NCBI GenBank assembly: GCA_964452935.1
Contig: CAYVNO010000001.1
Span: 25,537-89,536, forward strand
Reading direction: 5' to 3'
Source of the DNA: an uncultured Methanosarcinales archaeon
GTDB lineage: Archaea > Nanobdellota > Nanobdellia > Woesearchaeales > DSVV01
DNA length: 64,000 nt
Shown here: positions 29,162 to 38,822 of the stretch, piece by piece
Layout of the letters: each line of letters opens with the position of its first letter
How positions within the stretch are numbered: position 1 is the stretch's first letter
Translations under genes and position numbers: made by a program
Notes under the pieces: generated by a model
Told to the model about the DNA's origin: nothing
The model's input: the letters and a program-made list of their open reading frames with translations, nothing else
The model's database searches: none

Positions 29162-30878
29162 ATTTCTTAGTTGTTTCTAAAGCCATGTCAACTTCTTCTC
29201 GAGTTGGTTTGTGGAATGCTCTTAAGAATTTGTTTCTCATTGTGTGTATTTTCCTGATTTCTTCGTCATGCGGAAGATCTTTTTCTTGGCCTAGTATATT
29301 TGCTAGTCTATTGAAGTCAAGGTTTTTATCTTCTTCTCCAAATCTCTTTTTGTATTGTTCTTTTAGAGCGTAGTAGATAGCTAGATCGCAGTTAACTAGA
29401 ACGCTGCCTGAGTTTAACAATCCTTTTGCGTCCTCTTCTGTCTGTCCTGTTTTCTGACTTAGGATTGCAGCAGTTAATGCTGTTGGGTTTAGTTCAGTTG
29501 TTTCTTCTTCTGTATCCTCTTCTTCTGAAGTGTCTTGGTTGAATAATGATAGTAATTCGTTTGTGTTTTCTGGAAGGTTTACTTTTATCTCTTGTTTTGG
29601 TTCAGTTACTGGTGCTTCTTCAGCTGTAACTGGTTCTTGTGTTTGTTCTAGTTGTTCTGTTGTTTCTTCTTCTGCTTCTATTGGTTGTACTTCTTGTGTT
29701 TCTTCAGCTTGAATTGATTCTTGTTCTTTTGTTTCTATTATTGGTTGTTCTGTAGATTCTTCTGCTGTTAATGGTTGTTCTTCTTTTACTTCCAACTCTT
29801 CTTTTTCATCCCAATAATCAATTATTGGTGTTTCTTCGGTTGTTGATTCTTGTTTTTCTTCAACAGCTGTTTCCTCTTTGACTTCTTCTTCAACTTGTTC
29901 AACCTTTTCTTCATCCATGCCTAGAATATCTTGTGATTGTAGAACATAATATTGGTCATTTGATATTGCGAACTCTATAAATTGAGGTCTTCCGAATAAT
30001 CTCTCTATTCTTTTGCAATGTAATGCAATATCCATTATCTGTCTTTCATTTAATTTTTGTTCTGCAGCTTTTTTTGGCGGAATAATTGATTTTTTTGTTT
30101 TGAATTTATATTTATCTAATTCAAAAAGGAAATCTTGTTTTTTTATGTCTGTATCATCTATGGCTAGTGTATCTTTGTTTAGTGTGTATCTGTCAGGCAT
30201 TATGTTCCCGCTTGTTATTGCACATCCTAATCCTTTGCATGCAACAATTAGTATTTGTTCATGATTTGTTGGGTTTGTAGAATATGCTGCTCCAGATAGG
30301 TGAGAGTTGACCATGTTTTGGACTATTACAGCCATTGATGAATCTTGAATATTATTTTTCATTCTGTGTTCAATAGCTTTTGCTGTATAGAATGATGCCC
30401 AACATGCTTGTAGTGCATTTAATAATCTTTTATTTCCTTCAATGTTTAGGAAGTTTAGGTGCATCTTTGAGTAATCTTCATACCCACATGTGCTAGCTCT
30501 AACTGCTACTAATGGTCCTTTCTTTGAGTTAAGCATCTGGTTTAATTTAGTTGTATCTTCAATTAGACAGTTATAGTTTTCTAGAATTTCTTCTTGTATT
30601 GGATCTGGAAGTATTCCATTTACAATTAATTTTTGGATACCATTAGCAACATTTTGTAGGTTTTCTTTGTCTTCAAGTTTTATAGAAGATAATAAATTTC
30701 TTATTCTTATGTCTATTCCAGTATGTTTTAAGAATTTATCAAATGATTGTTTTTTAATAACAAATCCAATAGGTACTGAGAATCTATTGCATAAGGCTGC
30801 TAACCTTACTGACTTTTCCCCGACTTCGTGTATGTCATCCTTTGTTATATTTTTGAGCATTAATAAACTACTTTGCAT
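29142..30878 (-). CDS. Degenerate PEP-synthase N-terminal (ATP-grasp) domain, acidic linker and HEPN-like C-terminal domain
   Basis: VGEKS, VPIGF, VAVRAS, CWASFYTAKAIEHR, MAVIVQNMV, IEFA...VLQSQ. No phospho-His or pyruvate-binding domain. C-terminus ...IHTMRNKFLRAFHKPTREEVDMALETTKKFIEKL. Confidence 0.75.
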   Translation of the reverse strand: MQSSLLMLKNITKDDIHEVGEKSVRLAALCNRFSVPIGFVIKKQSFDKFLKHTGIDIRIRNLLSSIKLEDKENLQNVANGIQKLIVNGILPDPIQEEILENYNCLIEDTTKLNQMLNSKKGPLVAVRASTCGYEDYSKMHLNFLNIEGNKRLLNALQACWASFYTAKAIEHRMKNNIQDSSMAVIVQNMVNSHLSGAAYSTNPTNHEQILIVACKGLGCAITSGNIMPDRYTLNKDTLAIDDTDIKKQDFLFELDKYKFKTKKSIIPPKKAAEQKLNERQIMDIALHCKRIERLFGRPQFIEFAISNDQYYVLQSQDILGMDEEKVEQVEEEVKEETAVEEKQESTTEETPIIDYWDEKEELEVKEEQPLTAEESTEQPIIETKEQESIQAEETQEVQPIEAEEETTEQLEQTQEPVTAEEAPVTEPKQEIKVNLPENTNELLSLFNQDTSEEEDTEEETTELNPTALTAAILSQKTGQTEEDAKGLLNSGSVLVNCDLAIYYALKEQYKKRFGEEDKNLDFNRLANILGQEKDLPHDEEIRKIHTMRNKFLRAFHKPTREEVDMALETTKKFIEKLD

Positions 30879-30977
30879 GGTATCACCCTTTTGATACTCT
30901 TGTTTCTGTACTAAGATAAAAGATATATAAATGTTTTGATAATACTTATATACTACTTTGACTCTACTTTTGAGTAT

Positions 30978-31700
30978 ATGAAAAATAAGGTGTTGAGAGA
31001 TCTGAATGAGTTGATAAGGCAGGTAGAGAATATGCCTCCTGAGTTGGTTACTGGTAAGTATGACCCTTATGATTATAAGGCTCAGAAGTTAGCTGTTTAT
31101 AAAAGGGATGTTGATAAAATGTTATCTAATGTGAAGATGGATATTTTTAAGTTGTGTTTAGAATCTCTAAATAATAGAAATGAGGGAGTGATTTTTGATA
31201 TTATTATTAATTTAAAGAATCTCAATGTTGATAAGGAAAAGTTGATTAGTTTGAAAGAAGCTGTTGGTTTATTGAATTATGTTAAGGTTGCAAAGCCAAG
31301 AGAGCTGGAGTTAAAGATTCCTGTGGGGATTCCTACAGATATTAGAGATGATATTGTTGCAGATATGAAAGAGTTACAGAAATCTTATAATTCTACTTGT
31401 TATAGGGCGGCTGTTATTTTATGTGGTAGGGTGTTAGAGACTGCTTTACATAGAAAGTATTATGACACAACTGGTTTTGATATTTTGGAGAAGAATCCTG
31501 GGATTGGGTTAGGTAAGTTAATTGCAAAGTTAGATGAGAAGAATGTAAAGTTTGATCCAGGATTAACACAACAAATACATTTGATAAATCAGGTTAGAAT
31601 TTATTCTGTGCATAGGAAGAAAGAGGTGTTTTATCCTTCATCTGCACAATGCTATGCAATGATTTTGTATACAATGGATGTTTTGGGTAAGATGTTTTAG
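30978..31700 (+). CDS. DUF4145 (HEPN-fold) domain protein
   Basis: YRAAVILCGRVLETAL...LGKLIAKL...INQVRIYSVH (Rx4H). Confidence 0.75.
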   Translation: MKNKVLRDLNELIRQVENMPPELVTGKYDPYDYKAQKLAVYKRDVDKMLSNVKMDIFKLCLESLNNRNEGVIFDIIINLKNLNVDKEKLISLKEAVGLLNYVKVAKPRELELKIPVGIPTDIRDDIVADMKELQKSYNSTCYRAAVILCGRVLETALHRKYYDTTGFDILEKNPGIGLGKLIAKLDEKNVKFDPGLTQQIHLINQVRIYSVHRKKEVFYPSSAQCYAMILYTMDVLGKMF

Positions 31701-31735
31701 AAAGTTTTTTATATCACCTTCTGTAATGAGAAGTT

Positions 31736-32158
31736 ATGAAGGCGAAATACTATGCATTAATCGGATTTGTCCTTGCTGTTGTTTTTTACTATTTATCTTC
31801 AATTATTTCTTCGATGTTTGATATTTTTAATTCTGTCCGTTATGTTCTTGGAAGCATTTATCCGTTAACATTCTTGGTTGTTTTGTTTCTATTGCTCCCT
31901 TTACTTCTGCTTCTTAGTAAGAATAAGATATGTTCTATTTTAAGTATAATTTCTGGATCTTTATTAATAACTGGTTTTGGTTTAGTCTTGTTTAAATTAG
32001 TTTTTACTGTTTCAAGAAGGTTGTTGGGCTATTCACCTTATACTTCAAATGCTTTTGAAGTTGTTTTATCCCTGTTGTTACTTGGAGTTTTTATTGTTTC
32101 TGGAGTCTTGTATATCATCGCAGGTATTAAAGCCTTGAAAGAAGGGAAGGAAGAGTAA
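31736..32158 (+). CDS. Small integral membrane protein (about 4 TM segments)
   Basis: Four hydrophobic segments. Confidence 0.6.
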   Translation: MKAKYYALIGFVLAVVFYYLSSIISSMFDIFNSVRYVLGSIYPLTFLVVLFLLLPLLLLLSKNKICSILSIISGSLLITGFGLVLFKLVFTVSRRLLGYSPYTSNAFEVVLSLLLLGVFIVSGVLYIIAGIKALKEGKEE

Positions 32159-32160
32159 TT

Positions 32161-32228
32161 CTATAAGAATTCTTGTTCAACTATCATTTTATCATAAGTA
32201 GGATATTCTTTTGTAATTGCAGGTTTTA
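32161..32228 (-). repeat. Diverged duplicate of the 3' end of the radical SAM gene (33573-33640)
   Basis: 56/68 nt identical by manual alignment. Translates KPAITKEYPTYDKMIVEQEFL* versus KPAIVKEYPTFDKMIVEMEFL*. Confidence 0.9.
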
Positions 32229-32277
32229 TTGAAATTATGCATAACATTTATAAATGATAGGATACTTTTATATCCTA

Positions 32278-32874
32278 ATGACAAATAAAAATATAATACA
32301 ATGGATTGTGAAGAATGAAGATTTAGTAGTGCCAACTTTATTTAAACCAGTGCAATTTAGGATTATTAAGAAGCTTTCAAAGAATAAAAAGTTAACAGAG
32401 AATGAAAAAAGATATTTAAGAGGTAAGATGAAAGATAAGTTTAATGTTTTGCAGGAGTTAATGAAGGTTAATGTAATGAGAGATGAATTTAGAGTATTAG
32501 TTGATAATATTGGATCCTATTATGTGACTGGTTTAGAGGCTTTAAAACATAATGGTTATGGTTGGTATTTTGAACCAAAGATTGTGGAAGTAATAAATAC
32601 TAAGATTGAGGGAAGGTTTGTTGTTAATAATAAAACTGTTAAATTTATAAGAGTTAAATCAATATCAAAAAGTAAAACAAAGATTGATAAAAAATCCGGG
32701 ATTATATATGCAACAAATGAGCAAATATTAAAAGATATAGTATTCACTAAAAACAATTATACAGAATCTGTTTGGATGCAGATGTTTTCAAGATATGGGA
32801 TGATGTTTGCAAAAGGATTTAAGGAGTTATTGTCTAAAAAGAGCAAAATTAATTATGCACTTTATGGGGTTTGA
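32278..32874 (+). CDS. AbiEi-like antitoxin (type IV TA)
   Basis: YYVTGLEALKHNGY...PKIVEV...YATNEQILKD, immediately upstream of an AbiEii gene. Confidence 0.65.
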   Translation: MTNKNIIQWIVKNEDLVVPTLFKPVQFRIIKKLSKNKKLTENEKRYLRGKMKDKFNVLQELMKVNVMRDEFRVLVDNIGSYYVTGLEALKHNGYGWYFEPKIVEVINTKIEGRFVVNNKTVKFIRVKSISKSKTKIDKKSGIIYATNEQILKDIVFTKNNYTESVWMQMFSRYGMMFAKGFKELLSKKSKINYALYGV

Positions 32875-32876
32875 GA

Positions 32877-33572
32877 ATGACAAAGATTTTGGATGTTTTA
32901 AGAAAGTTTCTTAAAGAGGTGGAAAATGATAATCCATTTAATTTAGTTTTAAAAGGAGGAACTGCTTTAGCTATTTATTATTTGAATGATCATAGGGAAT
33001 CTGAGGATCTGGACTTTGATGTTGATAAGTCGTTGATTAAAAAACATGAAGAGATAATTGGTTATTTTGTTAATGTTTTGGGAATTTTAAAACAAAAACA
33101 AATTATCAATAATTTCAGGATAACAAAACAGGGTTTTGCTTCTACAGACAGATACCACATTAAACTTGAGATTGAGACATATAAAACCTTTTATACAAAA
33201 ATTGATGTGGACTTTGTTGATTTACCAAAGAAGTTAGTCAATAAAGATAATCTTTTCCTATATTCCTCTGAAAGAATCTTTGTTACAAAGGCCATCACTT
33301 TTATTAGTAGAAAAGAGTTCAAGGATTTATATGATTTGTTCTATTTGGTTGGGAAGATTGATGTTAGGAAGTTTAAGAATAAAGAGAATGTTGTTAAATT
33401 GATTGAGGAAGTAATAGCAGTTGCTAATGAAGAGGATATTCTTAAGCTTTATAGATCTGCTTTTAGAAATGTCGATATGAAATTTAAGAATTTAAAAGAG
33501 TCGCAGTTGGATTCTTTTCTTAGGACAATTATAAGGAAACTTAGGGTTTTGATAAATAAATTGAAGAAATGA
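32877..33572 (+). CDS. AbiEii/AbiGii nucleotidyltransferase toxin
   Basis: LVLKGGTALAIYY...HRESEDLDF...K...SRKEFKDLYDL. Confidence 0.9.
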   Translation: MTKILDVLRKFLKEVENDNPFNLVLKGGTALAIYYLNDHRESEDLDFDVDKSLIKKHEEIIGYFVNVLGILKQKQIINNFRITKQGFASTDRYHIKLEIETYKTFYTKIDVDFVDLPKKLVNKDNLFLYSSERIFVTKAITFISRKEFKDLYDLFYLVGKIDVRKFKNKENVVKLIEEVIAVANEEDILKLYRSAFRNVDMKFKNLKESQLDSFLRTIIRKLRVLINKLKK

Positions 33573-34622
33573 TTATAGGAATTCCATTTCAACTATCATC
33601 TTATCAAAAGTAGGATATTCTTTGACAATTGCTGGCTTTAGTTTGAGTTGTTTAAGTTCATCTTTTAGTTTATCTACAACTTCAACAGTTGTTAGTAGTC
33701 TCTTATTATCTATTTCAATCAGTTCTTTTGGGATGTCAAAGTTTTTTATTAAGTAATTCTTTGTTTTGCTTAAATTCTTTCCGTAAATAACTCCCTTTAT
33801 TAGCATTCCTTCATTGTCTACATAATCAAATGGTTTAGAGGCGTTCTTTGCTCTTCTTTTTAGTCTGTTTGCTAATTGCACCCGATCTTTTAGAGTACAT
33901 GTGCAATAGTGGATGTTTTTTATTTTTGAGAATTTTAAGAGTTTTTTTGCTAGTTGTTCACTTCCTTTTACACCATAGCTAATCCTATCTTTTGTTGTGT
34001 AATTGTTTTCAATTAATTTATTAGCGTTTGTGTCTGAGACTTCTAATTCGTTAATATTTAAGAAATCTATTTTGTTCTCTAAGAATTTGATTAATTTTTT
34101 TGTCTCTTTCTCTTTATTTGGGATTGCAGGGATTTCAACACCAATTTTCCAATCATATTCTTTTGCTAGTTCTATTCTTTTCCATAGTTTATTGTTTGTT
34201 ATTTCAGGATGGAATCTTATCTCATCTAAACCTGCTTTGTAGAGTTTTTCTAGAGAATTCTTGTTAACTAATATTGGTGGTGTGTAGAGATGAATATGGA
34301 ATTTTTTACCAAATGTTTTCTTTAATTCTTTGATGTATTTACATGTTCTTTCTAGTTTTACTAGTGGATCTCCTCCTGTGATTCCTACTCCTTTTGAATC
34401 ACATAGTTTAATTTCTGTAATTAAATCTTTGAAGTCTCTAGAAGGTCTTTCATTGAAATAAATTACATCTTTATTCTTTTTTTGATCAGAGATTGGACAA
34501 TAAAAACATTTTCTTGGGCAAATACCTGTAATAAAAAGAACAGTTTTTTCACCTTTAACACATTGTCTACATCCTTTTGGAAGTTTTCCTTTAAGAAATG
34601 AGAAGAATTTTGTTTTTTTCAT
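33573..34622 (-). CDS. Radical SAM protein (COG2108-like)
   Basis: LPKGCRQC, TGICPRKCFYCP, GITGGDPL and AGLDEIRFHP. Confidence 0.9.
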   Translation of the reverse strand: MKKTKFFSFLKGKLPKGCRQCVKGEKTVLFITGICPRKCFYCPISDQKKNKDVIYFNERPSRDFKDLITEIKLCDSKGVGITGGDPLVKLERTCKYIKELKKTFGKKFHIHLYTPPILVNKNSLEKLYKAGLDEIRFHPEITNNKLWKRIELAKEYDWKIGVEIPAIPNKEKETKKLIKFLENKIDFLNINELEVSDTNANKLIENNYTTKDRISYGVKGSEQLAKKLLKFSKIKNIHYCTCTLKDRVQLANRLKRRAKNASKPFDYVDNEGMLIKGVIYGKNLSKTKNYLIKNFDIPKELIEIDNKRLLTTVEVVDKLKDELKQLKLKPAIVKEYPTFDKMIVEMEFL

Positions 34623-35161
34623 ATTGCTTTTGTTAATAAATCTGATTTTGTTATTATTCCTAGGACTTTTCCGTTCTCTGATACTATTACTAATGGATAA
34701 TGTTTTAGTAGATTTGATACAACATCCATATTTGCTTCTTTTGTTATTGTTGGTGGTGAATCTTCCATAATATCTTTTATTTTTATGTTGGCATCTTTTG
34801 ATATGACTGCGTCTAAGAGTATTTTTTCTGAGATAAATCCCACAATGTTTTTGTCTTCTGACACAGGCATTTGTGAGATGTTGTATTTTTTCATCTTTTT
34901 TATTGTGTCTTTTAGTGAATCGTTTGGTTTTATGTTAATAATGCCTTTTTTGTAGATATCTTTTGCTTTTAACTCTTGTTTATGGTTTAATGTGTTTAGT
35001 GTGTCCATGATTTTCTTTACTTTTGTGAATGTTGGATCAATCATTCCAGATTCAATCTTTGCGATTAATGATTGGGAAACTCCTGAGAATTTGGCTAGCT
35101 CTACTTGTGTTAAGTTGAGTTTTTTTCTCATTCCTTTGATCTCGTTTAGGTTATCTATCAT
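34619..35161 (-). CDS. XRE-HTH plus CBS-pair transcriptional regulator (COG3620-like)
   Basis: LTQVELAKFSGVSQSLIAKIESG, ISQMPV and GIITKSDLL. Confidence 0.9.
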   Translation of the reverse strand: MIDNLNEIKGMRKKLNLTQVELAKFSGVSQSLIAKIESGMIDPTFTKVKKIMDTLNTLNHKQELKAKDIYKKGIINIKPNDSLKDTIKKMKKYNISQMPVSEDKNIVGFISEKILLDAVISKDANIKIKDIMEDSPPTITKEANMDVVSNLLKHYPLVIVSENGKVLGIITKSDLLTKAI

Positions 35162-35171
35162 TAGTCGTAAG

Positions 35172-35225
35172 GGAATAATTCCTCTTTAAATATCTATCGG
35201 TTGGGAATATTCCTATCGGAATATT
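35172..35225. promoter_or_regulatory. Candidate operator array between the HTH-CBS gene and metK
   Basis: GGAATAATTCC (35172), GGAATATTCC (35204) and GGAATATT (35218). CTATCGG occurs twice. Confidence 0.5.
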
Positions 35226-35292
35226 TTATTCAAGAAGTGTTTAAAAGGAGGTGTGAGTTTTTGTAGTAAATCATACTTGGAGGTTGATTATA

Positions 35293-36504
35293 ATGAAACA
35301 AAGTAAGTATTTTTTTACATCAGAGAGTGTATCTGCTGGACATCCTGATAAGTTATGCGATCATATTAGTGACGCTGTTTTGGATGCAATATATACAAAA
35401 GATCCTAATGCTAGGGTTGCTGTTGAATGTTTAACAAAGACAGGATTTGTTGTTGTTGCTGGGGAGGTAACTACGACTGCATGGGTAGATATCCAGAATA
35501 TTACAAGGAATACAATCAAAGAGATTGGTTATGATAAGCCAGAGTATGGTTTTGATGGGAACACATGTGGTGTTTTAGTATCATTATCTGAACAGAGTCC
35601 TGATATTTCTCAAGGGGTTACTGAAGGAGAAGGTGCATTCAAAGAACAAGGTGCAGGAGATCAAGGCTTGATGTTTGGTTATGCAACAAATGAGACACCT
35701 GAATTTATGCCACTACCAATTATCATGGCACATAAGTTATTGAAAGAGCTTGATAGAATTAGGAGGGCTAATGAGTTAACTTATCTAAGGCCGGATGCAA
35801 AGTCTCAAGTAACTGTTGAATATGAGAATGGGGAAGCAAAAAGGATTGATGCTGTTGTTATTTCAACACAACATGATCCGGATGCAACACATGAACAAAT
35901 CATGTCGGATGTAGTTGAAAAGGTTATAAAACCTGTTTGTGGTCAATGGTTAGATGAGAATACAAAGTTCTTTGTTAATCCAACTGGAAAATTTGTAGTT
36001 GGTGGACCTGTAGCAGATGCAGGTTTAACAGGAAGAAAAATCATTGTTGATACATATGGTGGACATGGAAGTCACGGTGGTGGATGTTTTTCAGGGAAAG
36101 ATCCTTCGAAAGTGGATAGGTCTGCTGCTTATATGGGTAGGTATATTGCAAAGAATATTGTTGCTTCAGGTTTAGCAGATAAGTGTGAAGTACAGCTTGC
36201 ATATGCAATTGGTGTTGCAGAACCTGTTTCTGTTCTAACACATTGCTTTGATACGAATAAAGTTCCAGAAGAAAAGATCTCAGAGTTAGTTAGGAAACAT
36301 TTCCCTCTAACACCTGCTGCGATAATTAATCATCTGAATCTTAGAAGACCAATCTATAAGAAAACAGCAGCATATGGTCATTTTGGAAGAGATGATCCTG
36401 ACTTTACATGGGAAAAGACAGATAAGGCAGATGTTTTGAAGCAGGATGCCGGTTCTTTGGGTGAACCAGAGAAATCTGGAGATCAAGTACCTTTAGATGC
36501 ATAA
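35293..36504 (+). CDS. metK: S-adenosylmethionine synthetase, bacterial/eukaryotic type
   Basis: [39 protein letters not shown] and [10 protein letters not shown]. Confidence 0.97.
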   Translation: MKQSKYFFTSESVSAGHPDKLCDHISDAVLDAIYTKDPNARVAVECLTKTGFVVVAGEVTTTAWVDIQNITRNTIKEIGYDKPEYGFDGNTCGVLVSLSEQSPDISQGVTEGEGAFKEQGAGDQGLMFGYATNETPEFMPLPIIMAHKLLKELDRIRRANELTYLRPDAKSQVTVEYENGEAKRIDAVVISTQHDPDATHEQIMSDVVEKVIKPVCGQWLDENTKFFVNPTGKFVVGGPVADAGLTGRKIIVDTYGGHGSHGGGCFSGKDPSKVDRSAAYMGRYIAKNIVASGLADKCEVQLAYAIGVAEPVSVLTHCFDTNKVPEEKISELVRKHFPLTPAAIINHLNLRRPIYKKTAAYGHFGRDDPDFTWEKTDKADVLKQDAGSLGEPEKSGDQVPLDA

Positions 36505-36591
36505 TTTTTCCTTTTTTCTTACTTTTTCTTACAAAAACTTTATATATAAACTTAGTTGATAGTTTAGTATTAATATTGAGAGGTTGATAAT

Positions 36592-36918
36592 ATGGTAAAA
36601 TATAGAAATGCGTTTCTGGTGTTTTTGTTTTCAGTCATTACACTAGGTGTGTATGCAATTTATTGGGCTGTTTCAACAACGCTAGAGTTAAAAGAGAAAT
36701 CTGATAAGGCACCAAATCCATGGTTATTGTTACTGTTATTAGTGCCATTTGTACAGATTGTTGCTATGATTTATTATTACTGGATGTATTGTACTGCTCT
36801 AGAAGAAGCTACTAAAGGAAAGGCAAGTAGAGTTCCATACTTTTTATTGCTGTTGATTTTGGGAGCGATTGGTATGGCAATAGTACAGTTGCAGTTGAAT
36901 AAGCTTGCAAAGAAATAA
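36592..36918 (+). CDS. DUF4234-like membrane protein
   Basis: LFSVITLGVYAIYW...YYYWMY...IVQLQLN. Confidence 0.7.
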   Translation: MVKYRNAFLVFLFSVITLGVYAIYWAVSTTLELKEKSDKAPNPWLLLLLLVPFVQIVAMIYYYWMYCTALEEATKGKASRVPYFLLLLILGAIGMAIVQLQLNKLAKK

Positions 36919-36958
36919 ATTTTTATTTTTATTTTAATTGAAAAAAGAGGTGAAGTAA

Positions 36959-38068
36959 ATTACGTTAGCTAAATACTTACAGTGCTTTAAATGTAAAAAG
37001 ACTTATTCTCCTTATCAGATTATTTTTCAGTGCGAAGAATGTGGTGGGCCTTTAGATGTTTATTATGATTATCATAAGATTAGTAAGAATATTGTAAAGA
37101 ATTTATTTATTAGAGAACAGATAAGGCATTGGAAATATTGGCCTTTTTTCCCTGTCAGTGATTTAGATAAAGCAATTTCAATGAATGAAGGAGGAACACC
37201 GTTAATTCAATCAAATGATGAGAAGAATTTTATGTTTAAGTATGAAGGAGTTAATCCTACCTGTTCTTTTAAGGATAGGGGAAGTGCTGTTGAGATTAGT
37301 AAGGCAAAAGAGTTTGGTGTTAAGGAAGTAGTTTGTGCTTCAACTGGTAATATGGGTGCTTCTGTTGCTGCGTATTGTGCGAGAGCAGGTATTAAAGCAA
37401 CAATTTATGTTCCAAAGTTTGCTCCAAGACCTAAAGTTCATCAGATAAAAATGATGGGTGCAAGGGTGATGATAGTTAATGGTAGTTATGAAGATGCTCT
37501 GAATATGACAAAGAAATTGAATGAGAAAAGAGGAATTTATTTAGTGGGGGATTATCCTTATAGGGAAGAGGGAGAGAAGAGTGTTACTTTTGAAATATTA
37601 GATCAGTTAAATTTTATTCCTCCGAAGTATATTGTTTACCCAATGGGAAATGCTGTTTTAATTGCAGCTGCTTACAAGGCTTGTATGGAGTTTAAAGAGG
37701 TAGGTTTGATAAGAAAAATGCCTAAATTAGTTGGTATTCAAGCTGAAGGTTGTAGGCCACTTGTTAATGCGTTTAAGACTGGTGTTTTAAGTCAACAAAT
37801 TAATACTCATACTATCGCTACTGCTATTGACTGTGGAAATCCTACTAATGGTTTAGAGGCGTTAGATGGCATGGAGAAAACAAAAGGAATTGCTGAGTTT
37901 GTTACAGACAGAGAGATTATTTCAGCTTTGAAGAAGTTAGGTAAACAAGGGATTTATGTTGAACCTGCTGGTGCTGTTTCTTATGCAGGAGCAATGAAGT
38001 TAGGTTTAGAAGGGAAAACAGTTTGTGTTTTAACAGGACATGGTTTAAAAGATTCTAGATTGTTTTAG
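36959..38068 (+). CDS. thrC: Threonine synthase (PLP), apparently with a non-canonical start
   Basis: EGGTPL, NPTCSFKDRG, ASTGN, VEPAGA and LTGHGLKD. The frame extends upstream of the ORF-track ATG through LQCFKC...CEECGGPLDV to ATT at 36959. Confidence 0.9.
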   Translation: MTLAKYLQCFKCKKTYSPYQIIFQCEECGGPLDVYYDYHKISKNIVKNLFIREQIRHWKYWPFFPVSDLDKAISMNEGGTPLIQSNDEKNFMFKYEGVNPTCSFKDRGSAVEISKAKEFGVKEVVCASTGNMGASVAAYCARAGIKATIYVPKFAPRPKVHQIKMMGARVMIVNGSYEDALNMTKKLNEKRGIYLVGDYPYREEGEKSVTFEILDQLNFIPPKYIVYPMGNAVLIAAAYKACMEFKEVGLIRKMPKLVGIQAEGCRPLVNAFKTGVLSQQINTHTIATAIDCGNPTNGLEALDGMEKTKGIAEFVTDREIISALKKLGKQGIYVEPAGAVSYAGAMKLGLEGKTVCVLTGHGLKDSRLF

Positions 38069-38073
38069 TGTAA

Positions 38074-38775
38074 TCATGTTGCTCTTTCATCTATAAGGAA
38101 TCTACATCTTCTTTCATGAAGTTCTAAAATAGTTTTGCTGCCTAGTTCTGGCATATTTCTGTCTAACCATGTTCTATATAGTCCTGTTAGCTTATTCTTA
38201 TACTCGTCTGGTTGCATATACCAGATATTAGTGCATCTTGCGGGATGTAACATGCAATCAACATAATTGCCTAAGCCTCCTAGGGCAATGCTGAGATATG
38301 TCTCAATCAGTTTTTCTTTGGTTATTTTTGCTTCTCTTAATCTATCAAGAGCAAATTCATGTGCCTCCATTTCATCATTTAATGTATCACTCATTTCTTC
38401 AAAACAACATTTTACACTAGGGTCTACGACTTTACTACGAGCGGTCCATCTGTCGTATAGGTATTGATATTCATTGTGTGCATGTCCAATTTCATGAAGT
38501 GCATCTGAAAGCCATTCAAGATAGGCTGTTGCATGGTAACCTGGGTATCTTTCTTCTATCTCTTCTCTATATTCTGGTACTTCAGTAACTCTAACTCGAT
38601 CATGCGAGAAATTTGCGCCAAAATTATCAGCTACTTCCACCCACCATCTCTCTGAAAGATGTTCTAACTGGTTTGTACCATTTATCTTGATAGCATCTAT
38701 ACAACCAGTGGTAGCACATAATGTAATGGCTATCTCACCTATTCCTTCTATTGTGAATTGTTCAGGATTTCTCAT
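38074..38775 (-). CDS. Hypothetical protein with a zincin-like HExxH motif
   Basis: ALHEIGHAH with downstream EMEAHEFA. Confidence 0.55.
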   Translation of the reverse strand: MRNPEQFTIEGIGEIAITLCATTGCIDAIKINGTNQLEHLSERWWVEVADNFGANFSHDRVRVTEVPEYREEIEERYPGYHATAYLEWLSDALHEIGHAHNEYQYLYDRWTARSKVVDPSVKCCFEEMSDTLNDEMEAHEFALDRLREAKITKEKLIETYLSIALGGLGNYVDCMLHPARCTNIWYMQPDEYKNKLTGLYRTWLDRNMPELGSKTILELHERRCRFLIDERAT

Positions 38776-38822
38776 CTAAGCAAGGAAATGAGGCACTTTT
38801 TATAAATATTGAGAAGTTGTTT

